Position numbers and translations under genes: made by a program | Assembly: GCA_028284805.1 (NCBI GenBank) | Contig: JANQQZ010000084.1 | Coordinates: 5,248 to 69,247 of the forward strand | Direction of reading: 5' to 3' | From: Phycisphaerales bacterium | GTDB lineage: Bacteria > Planctomycetota > Phycisphaerae > Phycisphaerales > UBA1924 | DNA length: 64,000 nt | The notes under the pieces: generated by a model | The model's database searches: none | What the model was told of the DNA's origin: nothing | The model's input: the letters and a program-made list of their open reading frames with translations, nothing else | Part shown: piece after piece, positions 1 to 9,217 of the stretch | Position numbering within the stretch: the first letter of the stretch is position 1 | How the letters are laid out: each line of letters begins with the position of its first letter

Positions 1-511
1 AGGCGCGGGGCATGACACCGGGATCGGCCTGCTGCTCGTGCGCGACTTTCAGCCCGAGCTTGCGGGCGTCTTCGAGGAACCGCTCGGTGTAGAAGTCGGC
101 GATCTGGCACGGGTCGTTCGGGTCGATGGACTCGACGTGCGCGGTGCCCGCCTTCTTGGCCTCACGCAGGCGCTCGCACGCGGCTTCCATCTTGTCCTCA
201 CCCGCGCCGTCGGCGAGGTCGTCGTCGGTCATGTGTCCGACGTCGGTGATGTTGAGGACGTGCCTGACCGTGCGCGGGCCGTGTTTCAGTGGGTCATGCA
301 CCTCGCCAGTCTTGTCGTCGATGAGCTTGCAGAGCGGGGACTCGATCCAGCGCCGGAGCAGGTCGGCGGCGAGGAACGCGCGAAAGTTCCCGATGTGGGC
401 GTCGTCGTAGACGGTCGGGCCGCAGGTGTAGAAGGTGACGTTCGTCGGGTCGAGGGCCCGGAAGGGCTCCTTGGACTTTGTGAGCGTGTTGTAGAGGGTT
501 AGCGTCGGCAT
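1..511 (-). CDS. cysS: cysteine--tRNA ligase, N-terminal part (3' end runs off the window)
   Basis: Absent from the ORF track because its stop is off-window. My minus-strand translation from the ATG at 511-509 reads [47 protein letters not shown]...[11 protein letters not shown]...GEDKM. It has a class-I HIGH motif (HIGN) and the CysRS N-terminal pattern, with no in-frame stop down to position 1. Confidence 0.85.
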   Translation of the reverse strand, partial: MPTLTLYNTLTKSKEPFRALDPTNVTFYTCGPTVYDDAHIGNFRAFLAADLLRRWIESPLCKLIDDKTGEVHDPLKHGPRTVRHVLNITDVGHMTDDDLADGAGEDKMEAACERLREAKKAGTAHVESIDPNDPCQIADFYTERFLEDARKLGLKVAHEQQADPGVMPRA

Positions 512-559
512 GTGTGGATCGTACGGGACCCCCCCTCGCCCGTCTCGCTGCGCTCGACA

Positions 560-584
560 CCCTCTCCCCAGCGGGGATGAGGGG
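560..584 (-). terminator. G/C-rich hairpin just downstream of the CBS/CorC gene stop
   Basis: CCCTCTCCCC-agc-GGGGAtGAGGGG forms a 10-bp stem with one bulge, 1 nt from the TAA stop at 586-588. There is no clear U-tract. It belongs to the same sequence family as the hairpins at 39728 and 47727. Confidence 0.4.
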
Positions 585-585
585 A

Positions 586-1926
586 TTAGTCGGCGGTTGC
601 GCTGTCGCCGTTGTTCGCGGTGCCTGGCGGGGCGTCGGCGGTGCGTTCGACACGGACGCGGAGCACACGGGTCGGGGCGGCGTCGAGGATGGTAAGCCTG
701 GCGTCGTCGAGCTCGATCGCCTCGCCTGCCTCGGGGATGCGCCCCAGGGTGGTGACGACGTAGCCGCCCACGGTGTCGTAGTCGTCCGACTCGGGGATCT
801 CGATCGCGAGGCTCTCGAGTTCGTCGTTGAGGTCGTCGACGTGGACCGCGGCGTCGGACTCGACCCAGCGGTTCTCGGCGTCGAGCTCCGCGGTGGGCTC
901 GTCGTCCTCCTCGAGCTCGTACTCGTCGCGGATGTCGCCGAAGACTTCTTCGATGATGTCCTCGATGGTGACGAGGCCCGAGGTGCCCCCGTACTCGTCG
1001 GCAACCATGGCCAGGTGGACCTTCTGCTGAACGAGCTCGGTGAGCAGCTCGCGAACGGTCTTCTGCTCGGGGACGAAGAGGGCGTCGCGGACGATGTCCT
1101 GGAGGTCGAAGTCGTCGTCAGGCGACCGCCCGGGCTCGGTGAGCCAGTGGAGCAGGTCCTTGGCGTAGAGGATGCCGACGATGTCGTCGAGGCTGTCGCG
1201 GTAGACGGGGATGCGGCTGTGCCCGATCTCCTTGACGCGCTGCTCGATCGTGTGGAGATCGCCCCCCACCTCGATGGCGTCGATCTCGGTGCGCGGGGTC
1301 ATGATGCTCTCGACGGTGGTCGTGCGGAAACCGACGACGCCCTCGATCATCTCGCGCTCGGCCTCGTCGAGCTGGCCCTCGGCCTCGGACTCTTCGACGA
1401 CCGAGAGGATCTCGGCCTGGGCGTCGTGCCCGTTCTTGTCCTCGGCGCCGGCGAGGCGCCGGATGGCCTCGTCGAGCACGTTGAGCAGCGATCGGACCGG
1501 CGCGGTGATCGCGTGGGCGACGCGGATGGTGCCCGACAGCGCGAGCACGACACGCTCGCCCGCGTGCGTCGCGATGCTGAGCGGCACGACCAGCCCGAAG
1601 ACCCAGAGCACACAGGCCGTAACCGCGCCCGCGATGAACAGGTCCCTGAGCGCCAGCGGCTCCGGGTTGAACGAGTCGATCCAGAGCAGAACGGCGAACC
1701 CGGCGGTAACGTTGAGCGCGACGCGCGGCAGAGCGATCGATGCCGCGTGCCCCGTGCGGTCGTCGAGGATGCGAGAGAGCTTGGCGCGTTGGGCCTCGCT
1801 CTTGCGCGTCGCGGCGAGATCCTCCAGACGCGAGCGGCTGAGGGATCGCAGCGACTGATGGACCGCCGAGCACGCGGCGCCGACGATCACCGCACCGATC
1901 GCAGTCCAGAGCGCCGCTTGGTTCAC
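586..1926 (-). CDS. hemolysin/CorC-family protein (DUF21 membrane domain + CBS pair + CorC_HlyC C-terminal domain)
   Basis: 446-aa ORF. It has N-terminal TM helices followed by [50 protein letters not shown] and a C-terminal DTVGGYV...LGRIPEAGE block, all typical of TlyC/CorC proteins. Its start overlaps the ybeY stop by 4 nt. Confidence 0.9.
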   Translation of the reverse strand: MNQAALWTAIGAVIVGAACSAVHQSLRSLSRSRLEDLAATRKSEAQRAKLSRILDDRTGHAASIALPRVALNVTAGFAVLLWIDSFNPEPLALRDLFIAGAVTACVLWVFGLVVPLSIATHAGERVVLALSGTIRVAHAITAPVRSLLNVLDEAIRRLAGAEDKNGHDAQAEILSVVEESEAEGQLDEAEREMIEGVVGFRTTTVESIMTPRTEIDAIEVGGDLHTIEQRVKEIGHSRIPVYRDSLDDIVGILYAKDLLHWLTEPGRSPDDDFDLQDIVRDALFVPEQKTVRELLTELVQQKVHLAMVADEYGGTSGLVTIEDIIEEVFGDIRDEYELEEDDEPTAELDAENRWVESDAAVHVDDLNDELESLAIEIPESDDYDTVGGYVVTTLGRIPEAGEAIELDDARLTILDAAPTRVLRVRVERTADAPPGTANNGDSATAD

Positions 1927-2480
1927 GGCGCCGCCTCCGAACGGGTTGGGGAGGCGCTGTAGACGGGGCCGACACCCGCGGCGGTGAGCAGTTCATCCTC
2001 GCGGGCGTGCATGGCGCGCGCGGCCTCGTCGGTGTCGTCGTCGTAGCCCGAGCAGTGCAGCACGCCGTGCGCGACGTAGAGCAGCAGCTCGTGCTCAACC
2101 GGGATGCCGCGCGCCGCGGCCTGGCGCGAGGCCTCGTCGGCGCAGATCAGCAGGTCGGCGTCGAGGGGTGCGGCCGGGTCGCCAGCGAGATCGAAGGTCA
2201 GCACGTCGGTGGTGCCCGGGGTGTCCTTGTAGCGCTCGTGGGCTTCGGCCATGGCGTCGTCGGCGACGACACGCACGCGGACGTCGCCCGTGCGCGGGAC
2301 AAACGCCTGCGCGAGGCGGTGCAGCAGGGCGTCGAGACAGGGCCCGATGGTGTCGGCGTCGGCCGTGCCCGCGGCCCACTCGACGTGGAACACGGGCCCG
2401 GCGGAGGGAGGTCGATCGGACGCGTCGGGATCGCTGATCGCTCCGGCGTCGGGTCGGTCGGGCTGTGAGGGGTCGTTCAT
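1923..2480 (-). CDS. ybeY: rRNA maturation endoribonuclease YbeY
   Basis: 185-aa ORF with the TDVLTFD motif and the metal-binding H-x3-H-x5-H-like motif HGVLHCSGYDD. It has the classic ybeY-corC adjacency with a 4-nt overlap. The ~40-aa N-terminal extension is low-complexity. Confidence 0.85.
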   Translation of the reverse strand: MNDPSQPDRPDAGAISDPDASDRPPSAGPVFHVEWAAGTADADTIGPCLDALLHRLAQAFVPRTGDVRVRVVADDAMAEAHERYKDTPGTTDVLTFDLAGDPAAPLDADLLICADEASRQAAARGIPVEHELLLYVAHGVLHCSGYDDDTDEAARAMHAREDELLTAAGVGPVYSASPTRSEAAP

Positions 2481-2628
2481 CGCTGTGGGTCACAGCGGCC
2501 TGGCCCCGAGCCCGCCGCACTGCCATCCATCCGGCCTCGGGCCGCTCGTGGCGGCCTCTCCGGGACGATCACGATACGCGAATTCGGGCCCCGTGCCCAG
2601 CCACTTTCGGCGAAGGCGATCGGCAGGA

Positions 2629-3711
2629 TCAGTTCTCGGCCTCGGACCGCTCATAGACGGCGTAGACCACCGAGAGTTGGGGGGCCGTCAGCCCTTCCCG
2701 ATCGAGCGGACGGCGGAACTCGTCCACCTGCTCGCGGGTGCCGAGCATCGCGTTGAACTGGCTGGCGTCCGAGGCCATCGCGAGCGGGGTCAGCCCCGCG
2801 GCCCGCGCGGCCTCGGGGCCGATCACGGGGCGGACGTCCCCGCTCTGGGCGAGATCGTTGTTGGCTCGCGCGGGCATGCCCCAGTTGTACAGAACCGCGC
2901 GCCCGCTGATCGCGAGAGCCCCCGCGATGCGTGCCGCGGCCTCTTCGGGCGTTGCGCCCAGGGGTTTGTCGATCGTCGTCGGGGCCCGATGGCGGAACTG
3001 CGAGGGGACCGGTTCGACCCGACCCATTGACAGCGCGTTGACGCCCAGGATCAGGTCGAAGGGTTCACCGAGGTCGTCCTCGTCGGCTGGCCAGTTGGTG
3101 TCGAGGATGGTGACGGATCCATCGGGCCCGCCATCGAGCCCGTTGACCCGTCCCTGGTCGCTGGGCGAGTCATAGATGGCGCGGAACCGCTGGCGGTTGG
3201 AGACGATGGTGACATCGGCGCCGTGCCGGGCGAGGAGCCAGGCGTGCGTGACGACCCCGGGGTCGACCAGCAGGATGCGCGCCCCCGCGAGTGCCGAGGG
3301 CTCGGCGAGCGGCGTGCCCGTGACCGCGAGGTCGTAGGCACGGAACTCGATGAAGGGCGCGTCGGCGTTCCAGCCGGCGTAGTACAGCAGCTCGTGGATG
3401 CCCACGAAATCGAGCAGGCGTTGGTCCTCCGCGTCCAGGGCGTGGTACTGCTCGATGGTGTAGGTGCGCTCGCCGAAGCCGCGGGTGCTCCAACGCCAGC
3501 GCCGGATGCGCGGGGGGAGATCGCCGACCGCGTCGACCATGGCGGTGCCTGTCGCGGTGGTCATCCAGGGGCGGACGATCTCGGACCGGACCTGGAGAGC
3601 CTCGGCCATAGACGACCGCTCCGCGAACTGTGAGGGATAGGCGTGGGCGAAGGGCTGGGCGTGTGCTGCGCCAGCCCACGCGAGCAAAGCGACTGCGATC
3701 GGTCGGATCAT
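2629..3711 (-). CDS. secreted hypothetical protein
   Basis: ORF 2629..3777. The start was moved to the internal Met that gives the signal peptide MIRPIAVALLAWAGAAHAQP. I recognise no domain with confidence; ARILLVDPG...PFDLILGVN gives only a weak Rossmann/methyltransferase-like hint. Confidence 0.6.
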   Translation of the reverse strand: MIRPIAVALLAWAGAAHAQPFAHAYPSQFAERSSMAEALQVRSEIVRPWMTTATGTAMVDAVGDLPPRIRRWRWSTRGFGERTYTIEQYHALDAEDQRLLDFVGIHELLYYAGWNADAPFIEFRAYDLAVTGTPLAEPSALAGARILLVDPGVVTHAWLLARHGADVTIVSNRQRFRAIYDSPSDQGRVNGLDGGPDGSVTILDTNWPADEDDLGEPFDLILGVNALSMGRVEPVPSQFRHRAPTTIDKPLGATPEEAAARIAGALAISGRAVLYNWGMPARANNDLAQSGDVRPVIGPEAARAAGLTPLAMASDASQFNAMLGTREQVDEFRRPLDREGLTAPQLSVVYAVYERSEAEN

Positions 3712-3836
3712 TGGAGTCTCCTCGGCGGCGAACATGCAGAGGCTAGGGGACCGAGGGTCGATCAGGCTTGCGGGCATAGATCGTGGGATGTAGACTATGA
3801 CTCATCGATATTCAATTTCTGAAAGGTTTTTGTAAG

Positions 3837-4319
3837 ATGTTGACCGCTAAACACTTACTGTCGTTTGTTCTGGCCCTGTTGCTGGGTGCGGCCGTGATGG
3901 GTTGCGCTTGCAAGATCAAGATGCCCCCGGAGAAGGACGAGCGGACGACTGAGCTTCTTGCGAAGTTCAAGGCCGATCTCAACAAGATCGACGCAAGCGG
4001 CGACATCGAGGCGGACTACAAACGAATTCACAAAGTGCACTTCCCTGAATTGAATGATTGCCACGTGACGCTCTACATGCTGCTTGAACATGCTCGGTGC
4101 CTGATGAATGAGAAGCGGACCTTTGAGGCGGGACAAGAGGCGGCCCGTCACGCTCTCGATATCTCGAACAAATGCCAAAACGCCATGTCGCTGACTCGAC
4201 CGTTCGAGGATCAGTTGACGCTGGACGAGATCCGGGGTATTGAGGGCTCGGATCTGAGTGAGACCACACAGTCACGGATGTTCAAGACTTTGGAACAGGC
4301 GGGGCTTGCACGGCCATGA
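3837..4319 (+). CDS. lipoprotein, hypothetical (predicted helical)
   Basis: 160 aa with a signal peptide and lipobox (LLLGAAVMGC). It lies in visibly lower-G+C DNA, and its stop overlaps the next gene's start (ATGA at 4316-4319). Confidence 0.7.
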   Translation: MLTAKHLLSFVLALLLGAAVMGCACKIKMPPEKDERTTELLAKFKADLNKIDASGDIEADYKRIHKVHFPELNDCHVTLYMLLEHARCLMNEKRTFEAGQEAARHALDISNKCQNAMSLTRPFEDQLTLDEIRGIEGSDLSETTQSRMFKTLEQAGLARP

Positions 4320-6157
4320 TCCGTGCTCTTCTTGGCTCGTTGGTTTATCTCGGCTCGATCCTGCCCGCGTCCGTCGCGGGGCAGGATCAGCCGCGCCTGG
4401 TCGTATTGAGCATCGGGCTCGGGAACTATGCCGATGACGACATGGACTTTGAGATCGTAGAGGACGCTAATTCTGATCGAGCCCTTCCGAGCGATGGAGC
4501 ACGGTGGTTCGGAGAGACAATCGGTGCCGCAGCCGGTGTTTGCCCGATCATTCTGACCGACAACGAGGCGACGACCGGCCGAGTCCGCCGCGAGTTGATC
4601 GACCAGGTCTCTCGACTCCCACCGCGATCGACGGTCCTGCTGTACTTTGGGGGCCACGGCCACCGCGTGCGACACGGGACCAGCGGCACCTCGGATCTTT
4701 ACTTACTGCTCTTTGGCTCGACACAGCAAGAACCGCTCGGGGACGCGATCATGCTGCACGAGCTGCTACTGATGTTCAAGCGTGCGCCCGGGATCAACGC
4801 AATGATCTTCCTGGACTGCTGCTACGCCGGGCAGGACGCCCAGACCCGTTTTGGGCACGCGGCAGATTTTAATGAGCTCGGCAGCCGGGTAGTGCTCTAT
4901 GCGGCGTCGAGCGAATACGAGCGGGCCCATTCGGGTCAATTCGTGAGCGCCCTGAAACGAGTCTGGGCGCAGTCGAGCGATCAGTGTGAGATGCCCCCTC
5001 AGCTTGAACGACTCATCCAGGATGAACTCGCCGATGCCACCACACGGTGCCATCTCTATCTGGGCGAACAGACCGAGATCTGCCTGCGCAACCCGGCCGA
5101 CGCGGCTGGGCTCAAGCTGCTGTGTATTGAGTTCGACGGGGACTTGAACCAGCATCTGACGCTGCTCCGGAAGAACAAGCAGACCGGAGGCTTCGAGGAG
5201 GTCAACGAGATCACCAGGGCGTCGAGTTCGAGACGGACGGGCTACGTCCGGCAGATTCAGAATCAGCCAGCCGAGTACCAGTTGGTGCCCACGCTCGATT
5301 ACCGGCACAGCAAGAAGTACTCGGATGTCGCTGAGCTGCAGATCACCGCAGCGATGCTTGAGGACAAGATTGTTGTATGGAACCCGCGGCTCAAAAAATT
5401 CATCGTCTCGCGTTCGGACAGGCCCGAGATCGAACGGCTAGAGTTCCGCCTTGCGTCCTCGATCGAGCACGGCATGCCGCAGCAAGTTGTGGATGACATT
5501 ACCATTCAGGTGGCCCAAGCCAGGTTCGACGCCGATCCGTTCGACGGCATGGATGATCTCTTCGAGTTGCATGAGAACGACCTGATCCAGACTACGTCCT
5601 TCAAGATCGCTAAGATCGACCGGGACGGCCCCGCGATGCTGGTCGAAGGTCTAGTTCCGGGCGACGCCTTGCCCACGTTTGAAGTGCTACGAGCAAAACG
5701 GCTCACGGCATCGCAGTACGCCACGCTGTTCGAGTCACAGATCGCCTCGTTGAGCAATGACCAAGTCCTCGACACCTTCGCGAGCGACTCGTTCAAACAG
5801 ACCATGATACAGGTACAGGCGCTGGGCGGGCACCAGTTGGTGTACGGCTATGCCAAGGGGCTTGAATCGAAGCTCGTTAATCCCCATGCCCGTGCCGAGG
5901 TTCTATCGATCGGCGCCCTGAGCGCGGCGCTCGTGGGAGAGACCGGCGTGGCCGAGGAGTGGAGCGAGGATGTTATCAGGGAGTCGACCGTGCAGGATCC
6001 GGTGTACAGGATGGCCTTGTTTACCAAGGGGCTCTCGATGCAGTACCACGAAGGCGGGGACACCGAGGACACCGAGACGGAACGCATCAAGGACTTCTGG
6101 TCGGCTCACTTTCCTGGAGTCAGCGAGTACGGAGTATCCGTAGACGGAGACGACTGA
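4316..6157 (+). CDS. caspase-like (peptidase C14 family) protein with signal peptide and a ~430-aa uncharacterised C-terminal region
   Basis: 613 aa. The signal peptide is MIRALLGSLVYLGSILPASVAGQ. The caspase-fold order is RLVVLSIGLGNY, then the His site LLYFGGHGH (H114, nt 4655-4657), then the Cys site IFLDCCYAG (C168/C169, nt 4817-4822), then VVLYAASS. I recognise nothing in the remainder of the protein. Confidence 0.8.
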   Translation: MIRALLGSLVYLGSILPASVAGQDQPRLVVLSIGLGNYADDDMDFEIVEDANSDRALPSDGARWFGETIGAAAGVCPIILTDNEATTGRVRRELIDQVSRLPPRSTVLLYFGGHGHRVRHGTSGTSDLYLLLFGSTQQEPLGDAIMLHELLLMFKRAPGINAMIFLDCCYAGQDAQTRFGHAADFNELGSRVVLYAASSEYERAHSGQFVSALKRVWAQSSDQCEMPPQLERLIQDELADATTRCHLYLGEQTEICLRNPADAAGLKLLCIEFDGDLNQHLTLLRKNKQTGGFEEVNEITRASSSRRTGYVRQIQNQPAEYQLVPTLDYRHSKKYSDVAELQITAAMLEDKIVVWNPRLKKFIVSRSDRPEIERLEFRLASSIEHGMPQQVVDDITIQVAQARFDADPFDGMDDLFELHENDLIQTTSFKIAKIDRDGPAMLVEGLVPGDALPTFEVLRAKRLTASQYATLFESQIASLSNDQVLDTFASDSFKQTMIQVQALGGHQLVYGYAKGLESKLVNPHARAEVLSIGALSAALVGETGVAEEWSEDVIRESTVQDPVYRMALFTKGLSMQYHEGGDTEDTETERIKDFWSAHFPGVSEYGVSVDGDD

Positions 6158-6181
6158 TCAGCCTGTGCCGACCGGGGACGC

Positions 6182-7591
6182 TCACCCCTTCGCCATCGCC
6201 CCGATCGAGACGGTGACCGGCACGTGGGCCGGCCTGACGCGGGTCTCGAACTCGTCGCGGTACTTGTTCATGATCGTCCGCAGGGCCCAGTTGTTGCCGT
6301 CCGCCAGGCCGCAGATGGTCGTGCCTGGCATCGAGCCCATGCTGGTGCCGACCTCAAGGGCCAGGTCCAGGTCCTTGGTCGTCGCGTCGCCCTCTTCGAT
6401 CCGGCACATCAGCTGGTACAGCCAGCCCGAACCCTCCCGGCAGGGCGTGCACTGACCGCAGCTCTCGTGCTTGAAGAACCGGGCGATGTTCCGGGCGACG
6501 GCGACCATGTCCGTGTCCTCATCGAACACGGTCGGGCACGCCGTGCCCAGCCCGAGCACGTTGTATTTGCGCCCGATGTCGAAGTCCATCTCGGCCTCGT
6601 ACTGATCGGGCCCGAGGATGCCCATGGACACGCCGCCCGCGATGGCGCCCTTGAACTTCTTGCCGTTTCGCATGCCGCCGCAGTAGTCCTCGACGATCGT
6701 GCGCAGGGGGATTCCCAGGTCGAACTCGAAGACGCCCGGCTCGTTGACGTGCCCGGAGACGCCCATGAGCTTCGTGCCGTAGCTGGGAGGCCCGCCGACG
6801 GTCGATTCGCAGCCCTGCTTGGTGAACCACTCGCCGCCGTGCTGGATGATGTCGGGCAGGTGCTGCAGGGTCTCGACGTTGTTGATGATGGTGGGCTTGC
6901 CGAACAGGCCCTTGAGCGCCGGGAACGGGGGCTTGATGCGGGGCCAGCCGCGCTTGCCCTCGAGCGCTTCGAGCAGTCCCGTCTCCTCGCCGCAGATGTA
7001 CGCGCCCGCGCCGCGGTGGACGTAGCAGTCGACGCGGAACTTCTCGCCGCCCGTGTTCTCGCCCGACAGCTGCAGGCAGTTCTCGCCGAAGATGCCGTGC
7101 TCGTAGGCCTCCTTGAGCGCCTCCTCGAGCACGTGCGCCTGGTGGTGGTACTCGCCCCGGATGAAGATGTACGCCTTGGTGAGCCTGCACGCGTGGCAGC
7201 AGATCGCGATGCCCTCGAGCAATGCGTGCGGGTCGAAGTCCATCAGCAGCCGGTCCTTGAAGGTCCCGGGCTCCGACTCGTCGGCGTTCACCGCCAGGTA
7301 CCGCTCGGCGCCCGGTTCGCCCGGCGTCTTGCCCTCGGGCACCGGGGGCAGGAAGGTCCACTTCAGCCCCGTCGGGAAGCCCGCGCCGCCCCGCCCACGC
7401 AGCATCGAGGTCTTGACCTCTTCGGTCACGTCCTCGGGCTTCATGCCCAGCGCCTTGCGGAGACCCTCGTAGCCCCCGGTCCCGACGAACTCGTCGTATC
7501 CCACGACATGGCGATCACTGATCTTGCCGTAGGGAGGCGTGGGGATGCGCTTCAGGAGGTAGTGGCGGTCGATCGAGGGCTGCCAGGACAT
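6182..7591 (-). CDS. nuoF: NADH-quinone oxidoreductase subunit F
   Basis: 469 aa with GRGGAGFPTGLKW (FMN/NADH site), YICGEETGLLEALEG and the 4Fe-4S motif ESCGQCTPCREG. Confidence 0.95.
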   Translation of the reverse strand: MSWQPSIDRHYLLKRIPTPPYGKISDRHVVGYDEFVGTGGYEGLRKALGMKPEDVTEEVKTSMLRGRGGAGFPTGLKWTFLPPVPEGKTPGEPGAERYLAVNADESEPGTFKDRLLMDFDPHALLEGIAICCHACRLTKAYIFIRGEYHHQAHVLEEALKEAYEHGIFGENCLQLSGENTGGEKFRVDCYVHRGAGAYICGEETGLLEALEGKRGWPRIKPPFPALKGLFGKPTIINNVETLQHLPDIIQHGGEWFTKQGCESTVGGPPSYGTKLMGVSGHVNEPGVFEFDLGIPLRTIVEDYCGGMRNGKKFKGAIAGGVSMGILGPDQYEAEMDFDIGRKYNVLGLGTACPTVFDEDTDMVAVARNIARFFKHESCGQCTPCREGSGWLYQLMCRIEEGDATTKDLDLALEVGTSMGSMPGTTICGLADGNNWALRTIMNKYRDEFETRVRPAHVPVTVSIGAMAKG

Positions 7592-7685
7592 AGAAGACGG
7601 CTCCAGGGGTCTGCGGACGGTTCGCCGGTGGGCGTGAGGCCGATTCTAGGGGTGCCGGGAGGCGAGCCTCGTGCGAGAGCGAGAC

Positions 7686-7871
7686 TCAACCCGGTTTGGG
7701 TGTGCTGGCCTGTTGGACCTCGATCTCCTCGATGGTCGTTCGCCGGACGGTGACCGTGCCCAGATCCGTCTCCCGGGTCTCGGTCTCGGTGGTTCGGCTG
7801 ACCTCGACGGGCCGCTTCGAGGGGGCGACCGCCTTGGAAATCTCGCCGACGAACCGGCCGAGGCTTCGCAT
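7686..7871 (-). CDS. small hypothetical protein (61 aa)
   Basis: This is the 3' part of ORF 7686..8069, taken from the internal Met (MRSLGRFVGEISK...). The upstream part overlaps the real gene 7906..8997. There is no homology signal, so it could be non-coding. Confidence 0.25.
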   Translation of the reverse strand: MRSLGRFVGEISKAVAPSKRPVEVSRTTETETRETDLGTVTVRRTTIEEIEVQQASTPKPG

Positions 7872-7905
7872 GAGAGAGGGCTTGCTCACCGCCTGATCGT
7901 ATGGA

Positions 7906-8997
7906 TCAGGGGCAGCCTGCGTTGAAGTTGATGATCCACCCGTTGAAGTCAGCCGGGGTGCAGAGGCCGTCGCCGTTCTGGTCGCAGGCGGGTGCCTGGT
8001 TGTTGAAGGCGAGGATCCAGCCGTTGAAATCGGCGGGCGTGAGCTGACCGTCGCCGTTCGTGTCGGCAACGCAGGACACCGTCGGGCTGACCGGGCTGGC
8101 CACGCGGAAGCCGATCTCCTCGTCCTGCGTGTTGGGGGTGTCCTCGTCGCGCGCGGTCGAGCGCAGGCCGACGATGCCCTCCTCCCAGTTGCCGCCTCGC
8201 TGGCCCCGCTCGGATCCCTCGATGAGCGTCTCGTTCCACTCGGTCACGTTGCCGTTCATGTCGGACGCGCCGTAGAAGCTCGTGTTGCCCGCGGAACCGA
8301 CGGTCGTAACATTCCCGTTCTCGCCGTTCCAGTCTGCACCCCTTGTGTAGTTGGCGACGCCGGGTCCGGGGTTGGCGATGTCGCCCGTGGGCGTGGCCGC
8401 GGCGATGGTGGGCACGCTGTTGCTCTGCGTCGCGTAGAGCCAGTAGCCGTCCGCGTCCCCGCCCTGCGCCGCGGGCTGGTGGTACGCGGCCTTGTACCAC
8501 TCGTTCTCGGTCGGGATGAAGACCTGGTCCGGGTTCGACAGGTCGCGGGTGATGGCGCTGACCGAGTTGGTGCCGCTGAGGGTGTACACGCCCGACTCGG
8601 TGCCGCCCGAGCCCTGGCCGTTGGTCAGCCAGTTGCAGAAGCGGGCTGCGTCGAACCAGCTGACATAGTTCACGGGCTTGTTGCCCATGTTGGGCTTCAC
8701 GGAATAGGTAAAGCTCCCGGACGAGCCCGAGCGCGTGATGCCCCCGAGCTCCGAGCTGCCCATGTTCGAGTTGTAGAGGTTGTTGGGGTCGCTGGCGGCG
8801 ACGGCGTTGAGGAACGCCGCGTACTGCGCGTTGGTGACCTCGGTCGTCGCGATACGGTACTCGTACGCGACCGAGCCGAAGCCGGTGGTCGGGTCGGGGG
8901 CGTTGCCCGGGTTGCCCACGGTCGCCCAATCGATGGCGATCTGGGCCTGAGCGGCGGACGCGGCGAGCAGAAACGCAAGAGTCGTCTGTGTACGCAT
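7906..8997 (-). CDS. secreted formylglycine-generating-enzyme (FGE/SUMF1)-domain protein with GC-ended dockerin-like C-terminal tail
   Basis: The signal peptide is MRTQTTLAFLLAASAAQAQ. FGE-sulfatase-type motifs are present: VNYVSWFDAARFCNWL, NGNVTEWNE, RGGNWEEG and IGFRVASP. The tail is [55 protein letters not shown] (nt 7906-8073). Confidence 0.85.
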   Translation of the reverse strand: MRTQTTLAFLLAASAAQAQIAIDWATVGNPGNAPDPTTGFGSVAYEYRIATTEVTNAQYAAFLNAVAASDPNNLYNSNMGSSELGGITRSGSSGSFTYSVKPNMGNKPVNYVSWFDAARFCNWLTNGQGSGGTESGVYTLSGTNSVSAITRDLSNPDQVFIPTENEWYKAAYHQPAAQGGDADGYWLYATQSNSVPTIAAATPTGDIANPGPGVANYTRGADWNGENGNVTTVGSAGNTSFYGASDMNGNVTEWNETLIEGSERGQRGGNWEEGIVGLRSTARDEDTPNTQDEEIGFRVASPVSPTVSCVADTNGDGQLTPADFNGWILAFNNQAPACDQNGDGLCTPADFNGWIINFNAGCP

Positions 8998-9217
8998 GGT
9001 GATCTCCCTTTGTGGGCAGGAGATTCGGGGGAAACATCGGCCCGATGCACGTTCCGATCAAAAATCGGAATACCGGCTCCGATTGTCTGTGTGGACCTTA
9101 GTTTAGATACATATGCACAATACGAAATCGCATCTGAACAGTAACATGCGGCGCATCGTCGACCCGGCAGCGTGCGCACCCGGCGCGAGGTTGCACCGGC
9201 TTCGTTTTGTGCATCGC

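Noticed and set aside
514-1962. Long plus-strand ORF (482 aa) and minus-strand ORF 294..1004 overlapping the CorC and cysS genes
   Set aside because: Their Arg/Gly/Asp/Val- or Ser/Thr/Pro/Arg-rich composition is typical of antisense or off-frame shadows in high-G+C DNA. The opposite or alternative frames encode clearly recognisable CorC-family and CysRS proteins.
2481-2628. Possible terminator hairpin or structured RNA in the 148-nt gap between the secreted protein gene and ybeY
   Set aside because: Only imperfect G/C complementarity is present (ggccccgagcc...ggcctcgggcc), with no clean stem, no U-tract, and no resemblance to a riboswitch or sRNA that I can recognise.
3791-3835. TAGACT immediately followed by ATG (3797) and a 12-codon mini-ORF upstream of the lipoprotein gene
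   Set aside because: The spacing (0 nt) does not fit the hexamer + 6 nt + start pattern seen elsewhere. The ORF is tiny and A/T-rich. The hexamer more likely serves as an ordinary -10 for the lipoprotein-caspase transcript, if it serves as anything.
3780-6160. Low-G+C island considered as a mobile element or prophage remnant
   Set aside because: I found no integrase, transposase, tRNA attachment site, or flanking direct or inverted repeats. I report it only as a compositional island, not as a mobile element.
6224-7753. 509-aa plus-strand ORF antisense to nuoF. The same class includes 11432..13069(-), 15067..16575(-), 17575..18567(+), 18447..21008(+), 25459..28257(+), 28803..29939(-), 31353..32234(+), 33110..34702(+), 36281..37729(+), 37994..39172(-), 39892..41079(+), 41418..42992(+), 47789..49306(+), 48918..50492(+), 50248..52104(+), 56052..58064(+), 57987..59012(-) and 60287..61471(-)
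   Set aside because: Each overlaps a gene with strong family signatures on the other strand or frame. Each has a low-complexity R/G/A/P/D-rich translation with no motifs. These are shadow ORFs expected from GC3 bias.
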